A stretch of 64,000 nt of DNA from Candidatus Cloacimonadota bacterium (lineage in GTDB: Bacteria; Cloacimonadota; Cloacimonadia; Cloacimonadales; DAONDQ01): NCBI GenBank assembly GCA_035402645.1, contig DAONDQ010000004.1, forward strand, positions 293-64,292, read 5' to 3'. The stretch's first letter is position 1. Each line of letters starts with the position of its first letter. Under the pieces are notes generated by a model, which did no database searches, had not been told where the DNA came from, and saw only the letters and a program-made list of their open reading frames with translations. Shown piece by piece: positions 9,231-16,901 of the stretch. Made by a program: the position numbers and the translations under genes.

Positions 9231-10909
9231 TAGAAAATTCCTCCTATGTCTTTATATCCCGCGGTCTTCGCTGCGAGATTGAAAGCAATCTCCGAGTAAG
9301 TGCGAGAATGAGCAAAATGGTCAGGTCCGACATTCATGAACTTCGCGACAGGATTGCCATTATCATCTTTCTCGTACACTTTAACAACTGCTTTCATATG
9401 TTCTTTGTATTCCATTTCTGCATCCATAGGAATCTTGATGCGTTTGGCACTAAAACGGCTGATTGCCAAATCCATCCACGATGTCCTGTCTACTGTAACC
9501 GTCGGTAGTTCGCTACCAAGTATGGTATCCCTACTCTTTTGGTCGCGTCCATAGAAGCAAGCATAGGCGATGCCAGGAAATCTTGCACAGAACTTGAGAG
9601 ATTCGCGACGTTCGGGATTTGCATCAATAACTACGCAGTTAGTTGCGTACTTCATTACAAACTTGTCCAGTTCATTGAAGTCCACAACTTTACCTTCGAA
9701 AAGTATACGAGGTATGAAGTTCATGTGCATATCTGAATCAGAACTAACCGGTGCGGGTATCCATTCGCATACTTCCACGTTCAGCCACTTGCCAACATCA
9801 ACGCCCATAGTTACAATATGTGAACGAGAAGAGTCTGCCCCGTTCTTGTATGCGGAAGAACAATCTTTGATTTCGGAATCATTAACTCTCGCTCCCTCTA
9901 CAATATGAGGCAGACCTAATTTCGAGTTATAGAACTCCTGTTCATCAGCAGGATTGATCATCGCCTTGAAGTATTGGCTAACGATTTCCGCGGGGCTAAC
10001 TGTGCCCGAGTAAAGTTGATTGATATAGAAACCGCGGGATGTCGCTTGGCTATTCTGCGAAACCCACTCGCCTTTGGCTAGCCAATCGGTCTTCGTTGCA
10101 TGGTCTAATTTGCCCTTGCAGCTCGTACAAATCAGATACGACTCTTTGACGGAAGGGTCGAAGGCATCTTTGCCGCGAATCTCTACGGATTCGGGGAAGG
10201 TGAGTTCCGTTTGTTTCGAGCAGCAAGGGCATGGGAAGAAGAAATGTTCCATCGTGCTCTGCTTATATGGAACATCAATGCCGAAATCCGGCACGGTCGG
10301 AGTGGATACCATCCACATCTGCTTATCCAACTGACCGCTCATACGTTCCCATACAAGCGGTATATGTTCGACGACCATCTTGTCTAACTCGTCAATGGCG
10401 CATCGACCGACAGGTACGGAAACCAAATTAACTTTAGACCGCGAGCCTCTTATGTAGAGATTCGCCGATCCTGCACGTTTGTGCTTCGTGTTCTTCACAT
10501 CCGAGAACATAGTATCTAAATGGGGACTTAATTCGAGGGCTGCATCGAATCGGGATGAACTGAATATCCCTGCGTTATCATCGTTAGGTAGGACATACAA
10601 TACTGATTCACCACGTATGTCGATATTGAAGAACGTCCAGTTAAGGAGTAACTCGGTGTAACCCATCTGCGCTGCTTTACGACCGACGTTGAGTTCAGCT
10701 TTTGAATCATGCATACCGCGAAGCCAAGGATGATGCTTGAAGTTCCATAACCCCGGATATGGCTTGCCCATTACGCGATATTGTTCTGCCCAATTTGAGC
10801 AAGTCGTTAGCGCCGATCTCTTTAGACCGGTTTCAATCTTGTTGAAAAACAACGCGCCGAGATTCTGCTCGGGTTGCTCAACAAGTGCTAAATTTCCCAG
10901 TGTCATCAT
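9230..10909 (-). CDS. terL: terminase large subunit (GpA-like)
   Basis: 559 aa. It has the GpA-type Walker A variant GRKAAQMGYTE, Walker B CAIDELD, and the C-terminal nuclease signatures MGVDVGKW and VVIDANPERRE. Confidence 0.85.
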   Translation of the reverse strand: MMTLGNLALVEQPEQNLGALFFNKIETGLKRSALTTCSNWAEQYRVMGKPYPGLWNFKHHPWLRGMHDSKAELNVGRKAAQMGYTELLLNWTFFNIDIRGESVLYVLPNDDNAGIFSSSRFDAALELSPHLDTMFSDVKNTKHKRAGSANLYIRGSRSKVNLVSVPVGRCAIDELDKMVVEHIPLVWERMSGQLDKQMWMVSTPTVPDFGIDVPYKQSTMEHFFFPCPCCSKQTELTFPESVEIRGKDAFDPSVKESYLICTSCKGKLDHATKTDWLAKGEWVSQNSQATSRGFYINQLYSGTVSPAEIVSQYFKAMINPADEQEFYNSKLGLPHIVEGARVNDSEIKDCSSAYKNGADSSRSHIVTMGVDVGKWLNVEVCEWIPAPVSSDSDMHMNFIPRILFEGKVVDFNELDKFVMKYATNCVVIDANPERRESLKFCARFPGIAYACFYGRDQKSRDTILGSELPTVTVDRTSWMDLAISRFSAKRIKIPMDAEMEYKEHMKAVVKVYEKDDNGNPVAKFMNVGPDHFAHSRTYSEIAFNLAAKTAGYKDIGGIF

Positions 10910-10979
10910 CTTTCGCGTCTACCCTCTTTATGATTCTCTCTATGAATACGTTTAACGCGCCTAGGTTTCATATGCTTCT

Positions 10980-11522
10980 TCATGATTCTTTCCTCTCCGT
11001 TAAAGCGACCTGCATTTCGCGCACAATATTCTCAATCGTTTCTTTATCTGTAACGTATTTGTTTATGATTCCGACAATCTGCTCTGCCATCCTTATAACC
11101 GTGGTCTTCTCAATAGTGACGCCCATGTCCTTCTCCAATTTATGGCAACTCGTCACCAGTTTCTCGATCTTCAGTATGAGTTCGCTAATCGCGCCGGATT
11201 GAAGAATCATCTCGCTTGCATTTTCGAAGGCGTTCATCTTCTCTTCGAGAGTCATACGAAGTATAGCAATCTCATCGCGCAAGTCCTTAATGCCACTTGA
11301 TTCCCGCATCTCCGCTGCGCGAGTATGGAACTTCGTCAATCGGTAGTTGCGGAGGTTCTTCTCCTTCGCCTCGGTAGTAGCAGTATCACCGCCGTGTGCC
11401 AAACAATACTTCGAACCCACTTCGGCAACGTTGAGACACTGCCCATGAGCCTGTGAACCGGCTTGACACCGATTAGGATCGCGTTCATCCGTTACCCGTT
11501 TGATTCGTTCTTTATCAATCAT
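10980..11522 (-). CDS. putative terminase small subunit (zinc-ribbon plus coiled coil)
   Basis: 180 aa directly upstream of terL. The N-terminus carries RCQAGSQAHGQCLNVAEVGSKYCLAHGG, a C..C..C.H cluster, followed by a helical domain. The call is by position only. Confidence 0.45.
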   Translation of the reverse strand: MIDKERIKRVTDERDPNRCQAGSQAHGQCLNVAEVGSKYCLAHGGDTATTEAKEKNLRNYRLTKFHTRAAEMRESSGIKDLRDEIAILRMTLEEKMNAFENASEMILQSGAISELILKIEKLVTSCHKLEKDMGVTIEKTTVIRMAEQIVGIINKYVTDKETIENIVREMQVALTERKES

Positions 11523-11559
11523 AAAACGATTACTCCATCAGCTTACACACTTTACTGCC

Positions 11560-11575
11560 ATGATTATGCAATCAT
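11560..11575 (-). promoter_or_regulatory. 5'-UTR hairpin of the TGATT-N4-AATCA family
   Basis: ATGATT-ATGC-AATCAT, lying between the predicted -10 element (11588-11593) and the terS start. Confidence 0.4.
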
Positions 11576-11587
11576 ACATTTTCACTT

Positions 11588-11616
11588 ACTATACTACAAA
11601 ACACAAATAATAACAA
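11588..11616 (-). promoter_or_regulatory. sigma70-type promoter, copy 1 of 3 (drives the terS-terL-portal-fibre operon)
   Basis: The minus strand reads TTGTTA-17 nt-TATAGT. The same architecture and flanks (GTAGTATAGTA) occur at 33785-33813 and 33933-33961. Confidence 0.55.
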
Positions 11617-11790
11617 GTAGTGCCTTCCCGCGAAAATATAAAAATCATAAATGCCGATTCACTTTTAACATTTGCCAACGACTCGTGTAACAATTACCCA
11701 CTGGCTCTCGGATTGTGCAATCCGTATGAAGTATTAAATACACCATATATGTGAGTTTCGATGGAGGGTTCGGCGGACTTGGAAAATTTC

Positions 11791-11860
11791 ACAACTTACT
11801 ACAACAATTATAACCCACCGCCTGTTGTAAATGGTTGTTGAATCACAACGCGATACAACA
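11791..11860. repeat. cluster of ACAAC/GTTGT pentamer repeats
   Basis: cACAACttactACAACaatt...ccTGTTGTaaatgGTTGTtgaatcACAACgcgatACAACaaaac. The order is two direct, two inverted and two direct copies, upstream of terS. Confidence 0.5.
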
Positions 11861-11934
11861 AAACTATTTTTAAAATATTTTATTTATTTTGCTTGTATAG
11901 TTTGTTTATTTACGAATGACAATTATATTATTAT

Positions 11935-12058
11935 AGGATAATAATATATCCTATGTTCATTGATAATATAATAGTTTGAAGTTTGTAAAAACTGGCACGA
12001 ACGTGCAAAGCTACAAATTAAAACAAAGGTAAATAATAACAAGATAAAAACTTGTTAT
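11935..12058 (+). promoter_or_regulatory. repeated regulatory module, copy A
   Basis: It opens with the near-palindrome AGGATAATAATATATCCT. A 24-nt block ATATATCCTATGTTCATTGATAAT (11944-11967) follows and is identical to 13236-13259. Next comes a nested hairpin at 11982-12017. The module ends with the hairpin ATAACAAG-ATAAAAA-CTTGTTAT (12036-12058). Confidence 0.55.
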
Positions 12059-12065
12059 CCTAATT

Positions 12066-12451
12066 GAAAAATTATTCTATTGTAATCTGTTGTATCGAAA
12101 ATAAAAAGGTGATACAATGAAAATTTTTAATTATCATTTCGTAATTTTTGGTACTAACGAAAAACGCAATTTAATTATTGACGCCTCTTGCGAATCTGAG
12201 GCAATACAAAAATTCAATTGCAAAACAGAATTACAAAATATTAGAATTGAAAAAATATCTTATGCAAATATTCCGAATAGGAAAAACGCTTATGGTGAAT
12301 TCGTTGTTCAAATTTATGTAAATGGGAAAAGACAAAAAGACAACGAATATTTCGCGACGAATTTCGATGACGCTTTAGCGACCGCGCAAAGTATGATAAC
12401 GAATTACTAAAACAAACAAGATACAACAGATTCACAATAGAATAATTTTTC
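12066..12451 (+). repeat. inverted-repeat pair 1, bracketing ORF 12117-12410
   Basis: The left arm 12066-12096 is GAAAAATTATTCTATTGTAATCTGTTGTATC. Its reverse complement matches 12420-12451 at all 31 positions, with one extra C in the right arm. Confidence 0.9.
12117..12410 (+). CDS. hypothetical early protein (97 aa)
   Basis: ORF preceded by the AAAAGGTGATACAATG leader. No motif recognised. Confidence 0.55.
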   Translation: MKIFNYHFVIFGTNEKRNLIIDASCESEAIQKFNCKTELQNIRIEKISYANIPNRKNAYGEFVVQIYVNGKRQKDNEYFATNFDDALATAQSMITNY

Positions 12452-12465
12452 AAACAAAATAAAAA

Positions 12466-12862
12466 TACTGTTGTATATTGTATAGCTTGCCTTTTGAAAA
12501 GGTGATAAAATGGAAATTAAAATTTTAAAGATAGATGGTTTTACTTGCCTTAATTATTTATCCAGTATGGAAACAATACAAGATAGATATTTAATTCAAG
12601 CGGTTATGTCATACGTTATACAACACAAGGAAACAAAAGTAATTGACCATGCATACTGGAAAGCGGAATATCATTTAATAATTGAAAATGCTTTTGAGAT
12701 ATTTTTTATTAAAGAGCAAACAAAGAAAACGGAAATATATTTAAAACTTATTCCGCTTGAAGAAAATTTATTTTTGAATTACGAATATCAAAATAAAATT
12801 CTATTACTTGGAATTGTCAATTAACAAAAGGCAAAAGGCAAGATATACAATATACAACAGTA
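12466..12862 (+). repeat. inverted-repeat pair 2, bracketing ORF 12510-12824
   Basis: The left arm 12466-12495 is TACTGTTGTATATTGTATAGCTTGCCTTTT. Its reverse complement matches 12833-12862 at 29 of 30 positions. Confidence 0.9.
12510..12824 (+). CDS. hypothetical early protein (104 aa)
   Basis: ORF preceded by the AAAAGGTGATAAAATG leader. No motif recognised. Confidence 0.55.
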   Translation: MEIKILKIDGFTCLNYLSSMETIQDRYLIQAVMSYVIQHKETKVIDHAYWKAEYHLIIENAFEIFFIKEQTKKTEIYLKLIPLEENLFLNYEYQNKILLLGIVN

Positions 12863-12864
12863 TA

Positions 12865-13112
12865 GAAAATATTTTTTAGTGCCTCTTGAATAGCCAAAAG
12901 GTGATAACATGAAAAGCGGAATAATGGAATTAATAAACAAACTGGAAAGAGTAAATAGGAAACTAAAAAGGCTTGAAAGCTATTTAAACAAAAGAGGAAA
13001 TGATATTTTACAGGAAAGACATTTTAGACTTTACAAGGAAAAAAGGCTTTTATTAAAGCATATTTCAATTGAACTAAATTAAAAATTTCAAGAGGCACTA
13101 AAAAATATTTTC
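12865..13112 (+). repeat. inverted-repeat pair 3, bracketing ORF 12909-13082
   Basis: The left arm 12865-12890 is GAAAATATTTTTTAGTGCCTCTTGAA. Its reverse complement is identical to 13087-13112 (26/26). Confidence 0.9.
12909..13082 (+). CDS. hypothetical coiled-coil miniprotein (57 aa, below the ORF-track cutoff)
   Basis: The ATG follows an AAAAGGTGATAACATG leader. The product is MKSGIMELINKLERVNRKLKRLESYLNKRGNDILQERHFRLYKEKRLLLKHISIELN. Confidence 0.45.
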   Translation: MKSGIMELINKLERVNRKLKRLESYLNKRGNDILQERHFRLYKEKRLLLKHISIELN

Positions 13113-13130
13113 AATTTATTTTGTAAAGGC

Positions 13131-13177
13131 TTGAAAATAATTTTTAGTATGCTGTAAATTCAGAAAATTATTTTCAA
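13131..13177 (+). terminator. AT-rich hairpin with a T-tract (weak intrinsic terminator, or an 'empty' fourth repeat unit)
   Basis: TTGAAAATAATTTT (13131-13144) and AAAATTATTTTCAA (13164-13177) pair 14/14 around a 19-nt loop. The downstream sequence is TTATTTTTTACTTTT. Confidence 0.45.
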
Positions 13178-13209
13178 TTATTTTTTACTTTTGTTTGAAC
13201 TATTAAATT

Positions 13210-13353
13210 AAGGATATACTATATATAAGGATATTATATATCCTATGTTCATTGATAATTAAATAGTGTTTTGTTTTTCAAAAACGGGATTTTGAAAATC
13301 CAAGCTGAAAACAAAATACAACAGGGAAATTAAAAAAGATAAAAACTTTTTTA
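13210..13353 (+). promoter_or_regulatory. repeated regulatory module, copy B
   Basis: AGGATAT..ATATCCT near-palindromes are followed by the 24-nt block 13236-13259, identical to copy A. A nested hairpin lies at 13268-13319. The module ends with the hairpin TAAAAAAG-ATAAAAA-CTTTTTTA (13331-13353), which has the same loop as copy A on a compensatorily changed stem. Confidence 0.55.
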
Positions 13354-13392
13354 CTGGATTACGATTTCAAATAATCTTAATCAAATTTCATT

Positions 13393-14490
13393 AAATGATT
13401 GAATATTGCTTTTCCGCTTTCCTCAAAAATGAGGTGCGTAAATGATTAATCTTAAAGGTCTTAAAATTCAGGAAATAGCAAAAGACAAGTGCTTTCCTAA
13501 CGTCAAAAATCCGAGAATTGAACTTATCACCTTTGATATAGATGATACGCTCAAAGATGAAAAGACTACAACAGGAATTAAAAAGCCTTGCGTTGTCTTT
13601 GATGATGGTTCGGGAAAATTTGAAATAGGGCAAGGTCACCGCCGTTGGGCAAGTGCCATGAAATTCGAACATATCAAAACTATTCCGTGTATTGTTATTC
13701 CGAAAAGCGGATTAACGGAATTGGATATGTTGGAAATTCTTATGGACCATAATGAGGAAACACCGCTTTCAAAAGCGGAATGTTTCAAGGCAATAAAGGA
13801 ATTTTTCCTTTTGTCTTTCGGTGATTCGGCAATAATAAAGCGTTGTAAAATGCTTCTGAATTCCTCTTTCGGTAGTCCATCGCCGGAAAAGATAAAAGAT
13901 GCTCGAAAAGAGGCGGTCGAAATGCATGAAGATGCCGACCGCGCCGAAGAAAAAGTAATTTTCGAAAAGCACCACGGCACTATTCAGAATTTCCGCCGTC
14001 TTGCCCTTTTGCCTGTTTCCGTTCAAGAGGAATATATAAAGGCATGGCAAGGTCGGAATTCCGACCTAACTCAGAAAGATATTAAAATACTTTCTGAATT
14101 TTGGAACGAACTTGTAAAGGCTAATCCGGAAACAAAGGTTTCCGAACCTCCAAAAGCGTTCGAAGATAAGGTCGAGGAACTAAAGGAAATAAACCGCCAA
14201 CCGGATGATAAGAAAAAATCCGTAAAGCGGTCAAAGTCCGACATAGAAAATATGTCAAAAGGCACTGAAAATGCTATCGTGCGGAAAACTCTTTCATGGG
14301 TTTTAGGTGAAATTACTGATTCCGAGTTGAAAGATTACGTCAAGGCAAAAAGCAACTAACTAACATGGGACGGGAAATCCCATGAATGAGATTTCGTTTT
14401 TATTGATTTTTATTGTAATAGCCTTTATATACTGGCTATGTTTTGAGAAATAAATAAAATCGGAAAGCGGAAAGCAATATTCAATTATTT
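13393..14490 (+). repeat. inverted-repeat pair bracketing the ParB-like gene
   Basis: The left arm 13393-13422 is AAATGATTGAATATTGCTTTTCCGCTTTCC. Its reverse complement matches 14462-14490 (GGAAAGCGGAAAGCAATATTCAATTATTT) with one indel and one mismatch. Confidence 0.85.
13442..14359 (+). CDS. ParB/Srx-fold N-terminal domain protein (paralogue 1)
   Basis: 305 aa. The ParB box-II-like sequence is EIGQGHRRWASAMKFEHIKTIPCIV. The C-terminal LSWVLGEITD matches LAWTIGEISD of ORF 28311-29213. Confidence 0.65.
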   Translation: MINLKGLKIQEIAKDKCFPNVKNPRIELITFDIDDTLKDEKTTTGIKKPCVVFDDGSGKFEIGQGHRRWASAMKFEHIKTIPCIVIPKSGLTELDMLEILMDHNEETPLSKAECFKAIKEFFLLSFGDSAIIKRCKMLLNSSFGSPSPEKIKDARKEAVEMHEDADRAEEKVIFEKHHGTIQNFRRLALLPVSVQEEYIKAWQGRNSDLTQKDIKILSEFWNELVKANPETKVSEPPKAFEDKVEELKEINRQPDDKKKSVKRSKSDIENMSKGTENAIVRKTLSWVLGEITDSELKDYVKAKSN

Positions 14491-14500
14491 AAGGAACAAA

Positions 14501-14737
14501 ATGGATGATATTTATAAAATTGTTTATTCCGATAAATTCGTTAATATGACGAATTTTGATTTGGCAAATTATTGCCGTCAAAACTTCGGCATTTTCTCGG
14601 ATTATTCGGAAAAGCTATTTGCGAATGATTCATACATCAAGTATCTATCTTGCGCGTTTACAGAATTGAAGAAAAATGACTCTGTAAAGGCGCAATATGT
14701 TCGCGAGGAAATTTTAAAACGATTGATGAATCAGTAA
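14501..14737 (+). CDS. hypothetical protein (78 aa)
   Basis: ORF with an AAGGAACAAAATG leader immediately after the right arm of the ParB-gene repeat. Confidence 0.45.
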   Translation: MDDIYKIVYSDKFVNMTNFDLANYCRQNFGIFSDYSEKLFANDSYIKYLSCAFTELKKNDSVKAQYVREEILKRLMNQ

Positions 14738-14751
14738 CAAAGGGGAAAATT

Positions 14752-14934
14752 ATGATGAAAAGTACAACAGAAACTCTTTTGGAATACTTCTTTGATTCGC
14801 TTATTATGCATGACTATGACAACGCCGACGACATCATCGAAGATTTCCGAAATTTTCCCGATTTTTACAAAGAATTGAATCGTATGTATACCGAAGCAAC
14901 AAAGGAAAGGAATCCGGTACAATGGAAAAGCTAA
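14752..14934 (+). CDS. hypothetical protein (60 aa)
   Basis: ORF preceded by GGGGAAAATTATG, in an operon with its neighbours. Confidence 0.4.
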   Translation: MMKSTTETLLEYFFDSLIMHDYDNADDIIEDFRNFPDFYKELNRMYTEATKERNPVQWKS

Positions 14935-15098
14935 TTGAATTGCACACGATGTATTGCTTGGATGCCATCGTCGACGGAGATTTCAAAAGTTACAAGAAAA
15001 GCTATCTGTATCTTGCGGAATTGAGCAGGAAATTCACTAAACTGCACAAATTCATCGTCATGATTCTCGAATCATTAGAAGAAAGGAGGATGGCATGA
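14922..15098 (+). CDS. hypothetical protein (58 aa, below the ORF-track cutoff)
   Basis: The ATG at 14922 overlaps the end of the previous ORF. The product begins MEKLIELHTMYCLDAIVDGDFKSYKK and the stop is at 15096-15098. The terminator follows 35 nt later. Confidence 0.4.
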   Translation: MEKLIELHTMYCLDAIVDGDFKSYKKSYLYLAELSRKFTKLHKFIVMILESLEERRMA

Positions 15099-15133
15099 AG
15101 TAAACAAGTAAAATTAGTCCTTTTTGATCATGA

Positions 15134-15170
15134 ATGGCGCATAATTTACCCCGATTATGCGCCATTTTTC
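15134..15170 (+). terminator. rho-independent terminator ending the plus-strand early block
   Basis: A perfect 12-bp stem, ATGGCGCATAAT / ATTATGCGCCAT, closes an 8-nt loop and is followed by TTTTC. Confidence 0.8.
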
Positions 15171-15460
15171 GTGCCTGTAAACCGATGACGGCAGAATCAC
15201 CACATAAGGCGCTGATTCTCCGCCCTGCATCCATTTCCGCCTGTAAAAGCGCTAAAAAGCATTAATCATGATTTGCTGATCTTAGCGAATCATAAAATAC
15301 AATGTATCGCGAAAACTGGCTTCGTGGTAAATTCCGGATTGATTCTTCGGTACTCCGAAGATTACATGATTTAGTGCCAAGATTAACAATGTTAGTTTTA
15401 CGAGTTTGGATTTGGTCAGTAAAGGGAAGTCGGATTCAGAATCATTTTGAGGCTGGATTC

Positions 15461-15502
15461 TAACTTACTTACTAATATACTTACTAACTAACTAACTAAC
15501 TT
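15461..15502. repeat. TAACTTAC / CTAA short tandem repeats
   Basis: TAACTTACTTACTAATATACTTACTAACTAACTAACTAACTT. TAACTTAC is the reverse complement of the GTAAGTTA iterons at 33901-33924. Confidence 0.8.
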
Positions 15503-15642
15503 CGTCAAATATGATAAGCATACTCCCCTATATATGTACATATACTGGTCTCCTGTCAGTAACTCCGTAAAGCAAGCCTAAGTTTTCAGCCAGTACGGAC
15601 ACGTAAAAGCCTGTAAAATCGAAATTTAAGCGGTTACTACGC

Positions 15643-15694
15643 AATTAAAGGGCATTTCCCGAAGGTTTTGTAAAACCGACTCCGAGAAATGCCC
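15643..15694 (-). terminator. terminator-like hairpin ending the minus-strand replication block
   Basis: On the minus strand, GGGCATTTC ... GAAATGCCC forms a 9-bp stem. It contains an inner GGTTTT/AAAACC stem and is followed by TTTAATT. It lies 38 nt after the nuclease gene stop. Confidence 0.55.
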
Positions 15695-15731
15695 ATTGGT
15701 AACTTTTGTCAATGAAATGTGTAAACTGAAT

Positions 15732-16901
15732 CTATCGCGCTCGCGTCATGGTATCTAACCATTTATCATTGTCCGATGGCGCAATCATGCAACTGTTAAT
15801 TAACATTTCGCACTGGTTCACCGAAGCTAATTCGGGGTTCACTTCGAACTCGCTGAGCGTATGCTTGAAAAACATCTTCTTGAGCCTTTCGTCGTCGAGA
15901 GCCAGTATACTCCACAAGTATATATACTTCTCCATCAGAGATTTTTGGAAGTCCTTACCGACACCCATACGGAAACTGGCGATTCGTATCTCCGGCATAA
16001 GGGATTGTGCAATCACGAGTTCCTCATACTCCGAAGCCGACATCATTCCCCTATCCCTTAATTGCTTACAACAGAGTTGATCAATACCGCAGTATATCTC
16101 GTCACCCACTTCCGCGCCGAGTGCCCAAGCATAGGTCACGACCTGTCCTGCCCATTCTTCGCTGACCGTTTCGAGGTTCAACATACCATTGACATTGATA
16201 CCGCACACGTTGTGATGCATATAATCTTTGTGTGCTTTATTGTGGTTCTTGGAATGTGCGCCAATCGTTTCATCCCAACCATCACGTAACACACTATACC
16301 CTTTCTTTGGACTTGTTGTCGATGCGCTCATGAAGCCATTGACTTTCCAATCGAGGATGAACGTCGCGATTTTGTTGCCATCGGACGCGCAAGCGGTTTG
16401 GAAACAAAGATCGGGCTTACCTAACAATGGTACGCCGTGCATAGTTCGCGTGACCGTTTTCTCCATTTTAATTGATCCCTCAATCGCCTTGCCCATATCC
16501 ATAGCTAACGATGCCAAAGCACCGGATTGCATATAGCAACGGAAGGCGTATCGACCGGCATTAACAAGGAACTCTCTGTTCCTTACACTATGACTCGCTT
16601 CGACCTGCGTAGTAAGCATAGTTTCGAGGTCGTATTCCGTGCCCGCGGATTTCCCAATCAGTTTCTCGTAAAGCCACGACTTCGCGAACGCATCGAACGA
16701 CGATCCCACGCCCATAGGAACGGTCTGCGGAATCTTCTCCGGCGGATTAGCACAAATCCTTTGGAGGAAGAACTCGTCGGGATACTTGTAGAACTGATTG
16801 ACCGACGTAGGGGATAGGAATTTAGGTCGACGAAGCGGTGGCACTTCCCCGTAAATCGGCTTGAATATTAAAGTCTTTCCATCATGTGTTCGGTAATTCA
16901 T
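15732..16901 (-). CDS. PD-(D/E)XK (RecB/Cas4-like) nuclease
   Basis: 389 aa. Motifs are GKPDLCF, FILDWKVNG (D...D-x-K) and QVVTYAW (QxxxY). The N-terminus contains LIFKPIYGE. Confidence 0.55.
   Translation of the reverse strand: MNYRTHDGKTLIFKPIYGEVPPLRRPKFLSPTSVNQFYKYPDEFFLQRICANPPEKIPQTVPMGVGSSFDAFAKSWLYEKLIGKSAGTEYDLETMLTTQVEASHSVRNREFLVNAGRYAFRCYMQSGALASLAMDMGKAIEGSIKMEKTVTRTMHGVPLLGKPDLCFQTACASDGNKIATFILDWKVNGFMSASTTSPKKGYSVLRDGWDETIGAHSKNHNKAHKDYMHHNVCGINVNGMLNLETVSEEWAGQVVTYAWALGAEVGDEIYCGIDQLCCKQLRDRGMMSASEYEELVIAQSLMPEIRIASFRMGVGKDFQKSLMEKYIYLWSILALDDERLKKMFFKHTLSEFEVNPELASVNQCEMLINSCMIAPSDNDKWLDTMTRAR

Noticed and set aside
12066-13177. CRISPR array, integron attC sites, invertons or MITE/transposon terminal repeats as explanations for the repeat array.
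   Set aside because: The repeats are pairwise-unique and inverted, not direct copies of one repeat. Each arm pair spans an ORF rather than forming a local attC-like site. No recombinase, transposase or cas gene is nearby, and no target-site duplications are visible.
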